A DNA stretch of 23,470 nt, taken from the IMG/VR virus record IMGVR_UViG_3300021431_000070, positions 1-23,470 of that record. The stretch is one strand, 5' to 3'. Position 1 is the stretch's first letter. Each line of letters opens with the position of its first letter. The notes under the pieces are model-generated. The model worked only from the letters and a program-made list of their open reading frames with translations. It did no database searches and was not told the DNA's origin. A program made the position numbers and the translations under genes. The DNA comes from a virus. Shown here in pieces: positions 16,410 through 22,362 of the stretch.

Positions 16410-16872
16410 ACGAGGTACAAATGCGAATTGGGAATCCAATTACGGAAATATTGTAAGCGGAGAGCCAGCGATCACAACAGACAGTGAGCGGTTTGTAGTA
16501 GGCACATCAGTAGGGGCATATGCAGAGTTCAGCAATATCAATGTAGTGGCAGAACCATACAACTTTGCGGAGTCTTATATCGTTGGACAACTATGTAACT
16601 ATGGTGGGCAGACATATAAATGCCTTGCCCCAACAAGCGGAACATGGGATTCAACAAAGTGGGGAGCGGTTACATTGTCAAATGGCATTTTATCGGCAGA
16701 GGAATATTTGGAACTTGCAAGGCTGATGGCATCGGCATATAGCAATTCAGCAACATACTTCCAAGGACAGTTTGTCACATATGGTGGCAATGTCTACGAA
16801 GCGAAGCAAAACATAACCTCTGCGGAATCATGGAACAGTAGTCACTGGAATAAGATAGGAAGTGCATCATGA
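16390..16872 (+). CDS. Tail fibre protein (Mtd_N/HylP-like N-terminus; two CBM5/12-like aromatic repeats)
   Basis: The N-terminal IQIRRGTNANWESNYGNIVSGEPAITTDS is typical of fibre N-domains. Repeats: YIVGQLCNYGGQTYKCLAPTSGTWDSTKW and YFQGQFVTYGGNVYEAKQNITSAESWNSSHW. Confidence 0.65.
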   Translation: MMAIQIRRGTNANWESNYGNIVSGEPAITTDSERFVVGTSVGAYAEFSNINVVAEPYNFAESYIVGQLCNYGGQTYKCLAPTSGTWDSTKWGAVTLSNGILSAEEYLELARLMASAYSNSATYFQGQFVTYGGNVYEAKQNITSAESWNSSHWNKIGSAS

Positions 16873-17273
16873 ATATAGCGAATTTATTTAAGAACGTATT
16901 ATTAGCAAGCCACCCTGTTGGGAGCATTTATATTACAACAGACGGCTCATTTAACCCTCACGAAAAATGGGGGGGGTCATGGGAACTACTAAAAGATAAA
17001 TTTCTTGTAGGTGCTGGAAGTAACTACACATTGGGAGCAAGTGGTGGTGAAGCTACACACACATTGACAGTAGCAGAGTTGCCGCCTCATAGTCATCCTG
17101 TCAACATATTTACAGGAAGCGGTTCGATCAATGGTGGTATTTCAACCTATGCCAATGCTTCAAGAGGTGGCTCACAGTATTCTGCTTTTGGCGACACAGC
17201 CGAACAGCAAGGTAAAGCCCACAACAACTTGCCCCCATACACAGCAGTAAATATGTGGTTGAGAACCGCATAG
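16869..17273 (+). CDS. Tail-collar-domain fibre/baseplate protein (cassette ORF A)
   Basis: PVGSIYIT ... GGEATHTLTVAELPPHSHP ... HNNLPPYTAVNMW is the Phage Tail Collar pattern. ATGA overlap with the fibre gene. Contains an in-frame G8 tract. Confidence 0.8.
   Translation: MNIANLFKNVLLASHPVGSIYITTDGSFNPHEKWGGSWELLKDKFLVGAGSNYTLGASGGEATHTLTVAELPPHSHPVNIFTGSGSINGGISTYANASRGGSQYSAFGDTAEQQGKAHNNLPPYTAVNMWLRTA
16969..16976 (+). repeat. G8 homopolymer inside ORF A (codons TGG GGG GGG)
   Basis: Counted directly. A +1 or -1 G change leads to a stop within 7-9 codons. Confidence 0.95.
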
Positions 17274-17277
17274 CATA

Positions 17278-17300
17278 GCATCCTCTTTCCGTGAGGATGC
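17278..17300 (+). other. 8-bp hairpin just after the ORF A stop
   Basis: GCATCCTC / tttccgt / GAGGATGC. No U-tract. Its 5' arm can alternatively pair with the ORF B SD (CCTCTTTCC 17282-17290 with GGAAAGGGG 17301-17309). Confidence 0.5.
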
Positions 17301-17314
17301 GGAAAGGGGAATAA

Positions 17315-17647
17315 GTGAACATCAAAAATGTTTTGAAGAATATTGCAAAAATTCTTCCACAAAAACTAACAACAGACGACATCAAAATTGACACGGCAAA
17401 CGCTACAAATGTCGTTGTTCCAGCAGGTGGAACAACGTGGAGTTCGGTAGATGTGCCGAGCAATCGCAAAATGCTTGCTTGTGTTGGATTCTATTGGACA
17501 GGCACGAATGGAACAAATTTAACTCCATACTGCTTTCGTCAAGACCTACCAAATCATATGCAGTGTGCTTTGAGGAATTGGTCGAATTCACAAGCGACAG
17601 TGACTATTTATTTCTCCTACATCTATATAGATGTTGTGGGGGGGTAA
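17315..17647 (+). CDS. Cassette ORF B: small putative receptor-binding/tip protein with shared N-terminal motif (GTG start)
   Basis: The GTG start is supported by the conserved N-terminus MNIKNVLKNI, as in ORFs A, C and D, and by a GGAAAGGGGA SD. Ends ...DVVGG-TAA, encoded by GTG GGG GGG TAA. Confidence 0.6.
   Translation: MNIKNVLKNIAKILPQKLTTDDIKIDTANATNVVVPAGGTTWSSVDVPSNRKMLACVGFYWTGTNGTNLTPYCFRQDLPNHMQCALRNWSNSQATVTIYFSYIYIDVVGG
17638..17644 (+). repeat. G7 homopolymer at the end of ORF B, abutting TAA
   Basis: Counted directly (17638-17644), followed by TAA at 17645-17647. Confidence 0.95.
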
Positions 17648-17668
17648 CTAAACTCCTAGCCTATCTGT

Positions 17669-17697
17669 CATCACTCCTTAACAGAAAGGCGGTGATG
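17669..17697 (+). promoter_or_regulatory. Hairpin sequestering the SD of ORF C
   Basis: CATCACTCCTT (17669-17679) pairs with AAGGCGGTGATG (17686-17697), with one bulge, one G-U pair and a 6-nt loop. The 3' arm is the SD region of the ATG at 17700. Confidence 0.5.
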
Positions 17698-17699
17698 GT

Positions 17700-18155
17700 A
17701 TGAACTTGAAGAACCTTTTTAAGAATATTCTTAACAACACCAAAAAAGTAGCAGTAGAAAAGGCATGGGAAAGCACCTCGTATTCAACGTATAGCGGAAC
17801 GGCATCGTTTTCGATTGAATCATATAGATGCTACAAAGCTGGCGACTTGCTGTTCATGTTTTGCAAAGGCACTACAACCTCTCAAATGACAAATGCAATG
17901 ACAATGCCACTTGTAAAGATACCGATTACTGTAAGACAAATGCTTGTTGGGGCTGCGGTTGTAGGTGGTACGAACTATCCGCTTGTCAACACAGTTACAA
18001 GTAGCGATAGTCAGTGGATGGCACAAGGCATTGCGTCAACAGTACCATCCAATACAGCAATTTATTTGTGGGCTGTCTATTTGATTGGAGAATTGGGGGG
18101 GGTAATACTTAACCAACTTCACGCACTCCTTGGAAGGAGGTGCGTGGCATGGTAA
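17700..18155 (+). CDS. Cassette ORF C: small putative receptor-binding/tip protein with shared N-terminal motif (extended form as sequenced)
   Basis: N-terminus MNLKNLFKNIL. With the G8 tract as sequenced, the frame continues 17 codons past GELGG and stops at 18153-18155, overlapping the ORF D ATG. Confidence 0.6.
   Translation: MNLKNLFKNILNNTKKVAVEKAWESTSYSTYSGTASFSIESYRCYKAGDLLFMFCKGTTTSQMTNAMTMPLVKIPITVRQMLVGAAVVGGTNYPLVNTVTSSDSQWMAQGIASTVPSNTAIYLWAVYLIGELGGVILNQLHALLGRRCVAW
18095..18102 (+). repeat. G8 homopolymer near the end of ORF C
   Basis: Counted directly. With G7 the ORF would end TTG GGG GGG TAA (…GELGG-stop), exactly like ORF B. Confidence 0.95.
18120..18146 (+). promoter_or_regulatory. 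Hairpin sequestering the SD of ORF D
   Basis: CACGCACTCC (18120-18129) pairs with GGAGGTGCGTG (18136-18146), with one bulged G and loop TTGGAA. The 3' arm contains the GGAGGTG SD of the ATG at 18149. Confidence 0.5.
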
Positions 18156-18541
18156 CAAACCTTATGAAGAACATTCTCTACAAACTTGGGCTGATTGCCG
18201 ATTACATTGTGGAACGTGGCACAAGCGGAATATGGACTTATCGCAAGTTGGCGAGTGGTGATGCTGAATGCTGGGGAACAACCTCAAAAGTTGCAAACAT
18301 TAATATAGCGCAAGGAAATATTTATACAAGTCAAGAACTAACAGAAGCCTTTCCTTCCACTCTCTTTACAGATATTAAAGCAGTTGAAGTTTCGAAAGGC
18401 TCTTATGATTCTAATACAGGAATCTTTGGTTCTGCATGGAATTTAGATGCACACGTTGTTAGAGCAACAGTTTTCAGAGGAAACTCTTCCACCAACAACA
18501 CAGTCAACTTATCTTTTCATTTGTTAGGGAAATGGAAATAG
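18149..18541 (+). CDS. Cassette ORF D: gp53-C-terminal-like small fibre tip protein with shared N-terminal motif
   Basis: MVTNLMKNILYKL, then IVERGTSGIWTYRKLASGDAECWG, a pattern I recall from small fibre-tip domains of Firmicutes prophages. AAGGAGGTG SD before the ATG at 18149 (track GTG 18140 is less likely). Confidence 0.6.
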   Translation: MVTNLMKNILYKLGLIADYIVERGTSGIWTYRKLASGDAECWGTTSKVANINIAQGNIYTSQELTEAFPSTLFTDIKAVEVSKGSYDSNTGIFGSAWNLDAHVVRATVFRGNSSTNNTVNLSFHLLGKWK

Positions 18542-18550
18542 GAGAAACCA

Positions 18551-18766
18551 ATGAAAGACAAAATAACAAAACTCATTGATGTGAAGAGCATCATGACTTT
18601 GGCACTTGTGGGGGCATTCATCTATGGCTTTGTCACCAAGATGATAACTCCATCGCAGTTCTTTAACATCTTCACTGTGATCGTGAGTTTCTACTTTGGG
18701 ACACAGTATCAGAAGAATGCTGAAACACAAGAGGCATCTATCAAAGCTTTTAAAACAGAGGAATAG
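18551..18766 (+). CDS. Holin (two predicted transmembrane helices)
   Basis: 71 aa. Hydrophobic segments IMTLALVGAFIYGFV and FFNIFTVIVSFYFG, with a charged C-terminus. Lies upstream of the endolysin. Confidence 0.7.
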   Translation: MKDKITKLIDVKSIMTLALVGAFIYGFVTKMITPSQFFNIFTVIVSFYFGTQYQKNAETQEASIKAFKTEE

Positions 18767-18769
18767 TAA

Positions 18770-19090
18770 ATGGCATTAGACATTATAAGCTGCATTCTGG
18801 GTGGAGGAAGTTTGGTTACACTCCTGATCTTCCTGATCCAGAGGCACGACACCAGAAACAACGAACTACACAGACTATCAAAACAGATGGATAAGCTGGA
18901 GAAGGACATTGTCCGGACCCAGCTTCTTCTTTTGATGGAAAGTTATCAGTCTGGTCAGGAATCAGAAATCATGATTGTAGCAGAGCACTACTTTGCTGAT
19001 CTGGATGGTAACTGGTACATGACAACCCTCTTCAACAAGTTTGTTGAGGAGAACAAAATAGCAGAGCCTGAATGGCTCAAAAAGGAGTAG
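18770..19090 (+). CDS. Membrane-anchored lysis-cassette protein (function unknown)
   Basis: N-terminal hydrophobic helix ILGGGSLVTLLIFLI, then a coiled-coil-like segment. Located between the holin and endolysin. Confidence 0.45.
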   Translation: MALDIISCILGGGSLVTLLIFLIQRHDTRNNELHRLSKQMDKLEKDIVRTQLLLLMESYQSGQESEIMIVAEHYFADLDGNWYMTTLFNKFVEENKIAEPEWLKKE

Positions 19091-19093
19091 AAC

Positions 19094-19999
19094 ATGGCAA
19101 GAATGACAGTAGCTGATTGGATCAAGCGCCTTAAATATGTTGAGGCTAACAGAAGGACCTACTACAGCAACCGCTTCCCGGAGAACTGTGGCCAGATCCA
19201 TGCAGGCGGAGTACAGTCTTATGATTGTATTGGCCTTGTAAAAAGCATCATCAATGAGCCGGATATTGTATATAAAACGGAACCGGTTGGGTATTATGTA
19301 ACTCCGGGCAAAGTTATCCCTGACACAACAGAGAGGGGCATCCTGAATCTTTGCAGTGATGTTAGTTATGGCTTTGGAAACTTAGTTCCGGGCGAATACT
19401 TATATATGAATGGTCATGCCGGTGTTTATGTAGGTGACTTTACGGATCCAAGCGGAGTGGTCAATGTAATCGAATGCACTCCGGCATTTGGCGGTGGTGT
19501 TGTTACATCCTATGTGGATGGCGCAGGAAGAAGATGGAACCATAGAGGCGGTTATCAGGTAATGGCATGGGGAGCGCATGGCAAACTCTCCAAGTACATT
19601 GACTATGGCGCACAGCCGAAACCACAGCCGGGTAAAATCACAGTAGATGGTGAGTGGGGCTTTGCTACTACCGCACTGGCTCAGAAGGTATTTGGCACTG
19701 AGGTGGATGGCGAAGTTAGTAATCAGGACACTAACTGCAGAAAATACTGCCTTAACTGTGTACCGAAATCAGAAGCAAATGGCTCTTGGGTTTGGAATGA
19801 TTCCTCCGGCTATTCCCCTCTGATCGGAGCGATCCAGAAGAAACTGGGTGTTAGAACAGATGGCAAGTTTGGACCGGACACGATCAAGGCCCTCCAGAAG
19901 CAGCTCAAGGAAAATGTAGATAAAAACCTTGAGATTGATGGCTATTGTGGACCTGAAACAGTGAAGGCATGGCAGAAGTTCCTGAACAGCAAAATCTGA
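19094..19999 (+). CDS. Endolysin: N-terminal NlpC/P60-type (C40) cysteine peptidase plus three C-terminal PG_binding_1-like repeats
   Basis: YDCIGLVKS (Cys nucleophile) and GHAGVYVG (His). Repeats VDGEWGFATTALAQKVFG, TDGKFGPDTIKALQKQL and IDGYCGPETVKAWQKFL. Confidence 0.8.
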   Translation: MARMTVADWIKRLKYVEANRRTYYSNRFPENCGQIHAGGVQSYDCIGLVKSIINEPDIVYKTEPVGYYVTPGKVIPDTTERGILNLCSDVSYGFGNLVPGEYLYMNGHAGVYVGDFTDPSGVVNVIECTPAFGGGVVTSYVDGAGRRWNHRGGYQVMAWGAHGKLSKYIDYGAQPKPQPGKITVDGEWGFATTALAQKVFGTEVDGEVSNQDTNCRKYCLNCVPKSEANGSWVWNDSSGYSPLIGAIQKKLGVRTDGKFGPDTIKALQKQLKENVDKNLEIDGYCGPETVKAWQKFLNSKI

Positions 20000-20003
20000 T
20001 GCG

Positions 20004-20025
20004 TTGGTTCAGTTTTGGTTCAGTT
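20004..20025 (+). repeat. Arm-type repeat block, left of the attP core (2 x TTGGTTCAGTT)
   Basis: The 22-nt TTGGTTCAGTTTTGGTTCAGTT is repeated exactly at 20225-20246. Confidence 0.85.
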
Positions 20026-20055
20026 GATGCCAACGAAGCCCTAAAATAAAGGAAA

Positions 20056-20107
20056 GAGCACCTGACTCTTAATCAGGGTGTGCAGGGTTCGAGCCCCTGG
20101 AGGCGCA
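20056..20107 (+). tRNA. Partial tRNA-Lys(CUU): 3' portion only (D-stem 3' strand, anticodon arm, variable loop, T arm, acceptor 3' strand); probable attP core
   Basis: Anticodon stem CCTGA/TCAGG with loop CTCTTAA. T arm CAGGG-TTCGAGC-CCCTG. Acceptor 3' strand GAGGCGC plus A. No matching 5' acceptor strand (GCGCCTC) or D-loop upstream. Confidence 0.75.
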
Positions 20108-20119
20108 TCGGTTAAAAAT

Positions 20120-20161
20120 AGCGGAAAACCTTGAAATAATAGGCTTTCCGCTTATTTTTTT
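20120..20161. terminator. Bidirectional intrinsic terminator between the late operon/tRNA fragment and the lysogeny operon
   Basis: AGCGGAAA (20120-20127) / TTTCCGCT (20145-20152), followed by TATTTTTTTT on the + strand and by ATTTTT on the - strand. Confidence 0.7.
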
Positions 20162-20207
20162 GCTCTTCTAAAACTTGTTAAAGTTTGCAAAAGTTTAGTA
20201 AAATTTG

Positions 20208-20246
20208 GGTTCAATTCTGGTTCATTGGTTCAGTTTTGGTTCAGTT
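20208..20246 (+). repeat. Arm-type repeat block, right of the attP core (4 x GGTTCA-containing units)
   Basis: GGTTCAATT (20208), GGTTCATT (20219), GGTTCAGTT (20227) and GGTTCAGTT (20238), all in the same orientation as the two left copies. Confidence 0.8.
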
Positions 20247-20592
20247 AGATCCGCTTAAATTCCCATAAAAAGATTCCAACCACAGCGACTACCGCCAGAA
20301 CCACAAAAATAATAAACTGCTGCATAACATACTGCTCTGAAAATAGGGCAAGTATAACTCCGGCAAAACTGGTGCAGAGTGCTGCGATGCATCCAGGGAG
20401 CACAGCCCACTTATTGCACACCACCATGATCAGCCCAGTTATGAAGTACAAAATGATAAAGTACAGCATGAAGTCAGCTATTACATTAGTGTCGAGCATT
20501 GAATCAAAGAAACTGCCTACAAAGGATGCAAAAGCCAGACCCATTGCATACAGCATAGCTAAAATCCCTAATATTATTCGTAATACTCTCAT
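20245..20592 (-). CDS. Polytopic membrane protein co-transcribed with the integrase (candidate superinfection-exclusion / lysogenic-conversion gene)
   Basis: 115 aa with about four hydrophobic helices. The GGAGGGG SD overlaps the integrase stop codon. Located between int and attP. Confidence 0.6.
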   Translation of the reverse strand: MRVLRIILGILAMLYAMGLAFASFVGSFFDSMLDTNVIADFMLYFIILYFITGLIMVVCNKWAVLPGCIAALCTSFAGVILALFSEQYVMQQFIIFVVLAVVAVVGIFLWEFKRI

Positions 20593-20601
20593 AATCCCCT
20601 C

Positions 20602-21630
20602 CTATATTGCTAAATCTTTATATAATTCCTCTGTTTTCTCATTCTCCTCCAGGATGTGACTGTAAGTCTGCAAGAATATAAGTTCAGAATGCCCCATAAG
20701 CGCTGCGGCCTTCTTTGTACTTATAATTCCCCTCTGGCAAAGATAATAAAGTTCACTGGCTCTGTTGTGCCGGAAATGATAGAGTGTTATATCAGGTATT
20801 CCAATGGCATTCAAAATCCGCTTTTTGAAACATCTGTATGCAGATTTTGTCATGAGCGTTCCATCCTTTTTGTGGAATAAAAGCAGATTACTTCCATTAT
20901 CATCTATATACTTACGTATATACTTAAGTAGTTGTTCCGGAATAGGCAGGTCCCTAACAACTTCTGTTTTGGTTCCCTTTAAATTAGGGTTATTCCCATC
21001 AAACTCTACTGCTTTGGTTACATGGAGTACTTTCCGCTTTAGATCCAGATCAGAGCGAGTGAGAGCCAATACTTCCCCTGGTCTTAATCCAAATGCCAAT
21101 AGAATGTTGACAAACATCCGCTCCATAGGAGGAAGGTCTGCTTCCCTGATCTTTTCCTTTTCCTTATCTGTAAAAGCTCTTTTTTCTTCCGGCTTACGTT
21201 TCTTAAGCTCCAACTTTTTAGCCGGGTTAGAAGTTATGATTCCATCTTCTATGGCTGTGTCAAAAATCTGATTGAGTGTAAGGCGCAAGATCTCCGCCAT
21301 TCTTCTTCCGGCATATTGGTTTACAATTTGCTGGCAGTCAGATTTTGTTATTTTCCTAAGTTCAAGCGCATCAATAACATCAAACTTCTTCAGGGCAGAA
21401 GAATACATTTCTCTTGTCTTTGCGCTCTTATTGGCCTTGTAAATAGTAAACCACTTTTTACTATAAGCGCCAAAAGATATATCTGATGGGTTTTTTGTTT
21501 TTGATGCTTGTACAAAATACTCCCTGATATTGCGATCCAGTTCTGCCTGACTGGATCCATAGAAGTGCTTCCTGATCCGGGAGCCATCAGATTTAAAACC
21601 CACTTGAAGGTATTTATGGTATTTTTTCAT
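20602..21630 (-). CDS. int: Tyrosine site-specific integrase
   Basis: C-terminal catalytic pattern: LRPGEVLAL (Arg), HFRHNRASE (H-x-x-R), GHSELIFLQTYSH (His...Tyr). N-terminal SAM-like domain. Adjacent to the tRNA-derived attP. Confidence 0.9.
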   Translation of the reverse strand: MKKYHKYLQVGFKSDGSRIRKHFYGSSQAELDRNIREYFVQASKTKNPSDISFGAYSKKWFTIYKANKSAKTREMYSSALKKFDVIDALELRKITKSDCQQIVNQYAGRRMAEILRLTLNQIFDTAIEDGIITSNPAKKLELKKRKPEEKRAFTDKEKEKIREADLPPMERMFVNILLAFGLRPGEVLALTRSDLDLKRKVLHVTKAVEFDGNNPNLKGTKTEVVRDLPIPEQLLKYIRKYIDDNGSNLLLFHKKDGTLMTKSAYRCFKKRILNAIGIPDITLYHFRHNRASELYYLCQRGIISTKKAAALMGHSELIFLQTYSHILEENEKTEELYKDLAI

Positions 21631-21648
21631 AGAACCACCTCCTCACAG

Positions 21649-22278
21649 TTATCTTACTGCGCTCTGGAAGGCAATGGCCTTGCCTATGATCCGGATCTGG
21701 TTGAGTTCCTCGCCCATATAAACCATAGGAGCATAAGCAGGGTTTTCTGCATTTAATGTCATGGTTTGATGCTTCTTGTCATAGTAGACTCGTTTTAGTG
21801 TTGCTTCATCCCTGATAATGACTGCAGCTATCTCTCCATTTTCCACATCCGGCTGTTGATGGATAAAAACATAATCGCCATCTAATATCCTGGCATTTAT
21901 CATGCTGTCACCCTTTGCAATCAGAACCAGATCGGCTGCATCCGGAGCATCCTCAACTGTAAGATATTCCGCTTTTTGATTTGTAACTATTGGCTCTCCA
22001 CATGCGATTTCACCTAATACTGGGATTTGGCGGAATTTAACCTTCTGGAAACCATAATTTATAAGAGTTTGCGGAGGTTCTTCCCATCCCATAATAACCG
22101 CAGGGGAAATATCCAAAGCATCAGCAAGGGCTTTTATTTTGTCTCTTTTCATGTTGGCAATATCGCCAGACTCCCATCTGGAGATGGTTCCCTCACTAAC
22201 ACCAACTGCATTAGCCAACTGCTTCATTGTTAAGCCTAACTCATTGCGCCTATTGTATATAATTTCCTTAATGTTCAT
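21649..22278 (-). CDS. CI/LexA-like repressor: N-terminal XRE-type HTH plus C-terminal S24 autopeptidase domain
   Basis: LGLTMKQLANAVGVSEGTISRWESG forms the HTH. AKGDSM (Ser) and ATLKRV (Lys) form the dyad. GGAGGG SD 7 nt before the ATG at 22278 (the track start at 22293 lacks an SD). Confidence 0.9.
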   Translation of the reverse strand: MNIKEIIYNRRNELGLTMKQLANAVGVSEGTISRWESGDIANMKRDKIKALADALDISPAVIMGWEEPPQTLINYGFQKVKFRQIPVLGEIACGEPIVTNQKAEYLTVEDAPDAADLVLIAKGDSMINARILDGDYVFIHQQPDVENGEIAAVIIRDEATLKRVYYDKKHQTMTLNAENPAYAPMVYMGEELNQIRIIGKAIAFQSAVR

Positions 22279-22308
22279 AATATATCCCTCCATCTTGTGT
22301 GGACCTTA

Positions 22309-22336
22309 ATTATACCGCAATCTTGCGAATATGCAA
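22309..22336 (-). promoter_or_regulatory. Putative leftward (repressor) promoter
   Basis: On the minus strand: -35 TTGCAT (22331-22336), 16-nt spacer, -10 TATAAT (22309-22314). Overlaps the degenerate operator copy at 22322-22337. Confidence 0.5.
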
Positions 22337-22337
22337 A
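22322..22337. promoter_or_regulatory. Degenerate operator copy (12/16 match)
   Basis: CTTGCGAATATGCAAA versus the consensus CTTGCGTAAACGCAAG. Confidence 0.35.
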
Positions 22338-22362
22338 TAAAATATATAAAACTACATTAAAA

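Noticed and set aside
17437-17703. 88-aa ORF in the +1 frame overlapping ORF B.
   Set aside because: It has no SD and an implausible composition over most of its length. Only its last 19 codons (after the G7 tract) seem meaningful, as the extension frame discussed in the findings.
16390-18541. Diversity-generating retroelement or invertible (Gin/Cin-type) fibre segment.
   Set aside because: There is no reverse transcriptase, no near-identical template/variable repeat pair, no serine invertase and no inverted repeats flanking the cassette. All ORFs are on the same strand.
20041-20110. Complete tRNA gene.
   Set aside because: Only the anticodon arm, variable loop, T arm and 3' acceptor strand are present. 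No complementary 5' acceptor strand or D-loop lies upstream, so it is annotated as a partial tRNA / attP core.
20372-21271. Plus-strand ORFs (20372..20659, 20656..20880, 20804..21271) over the membrane-protein and integrase genes.
   Set aside because: They are antisense to the strongly supported integrase and membrane-protein genes. They have no SD and a Ser/Leu/Arg-rich shadow composition.
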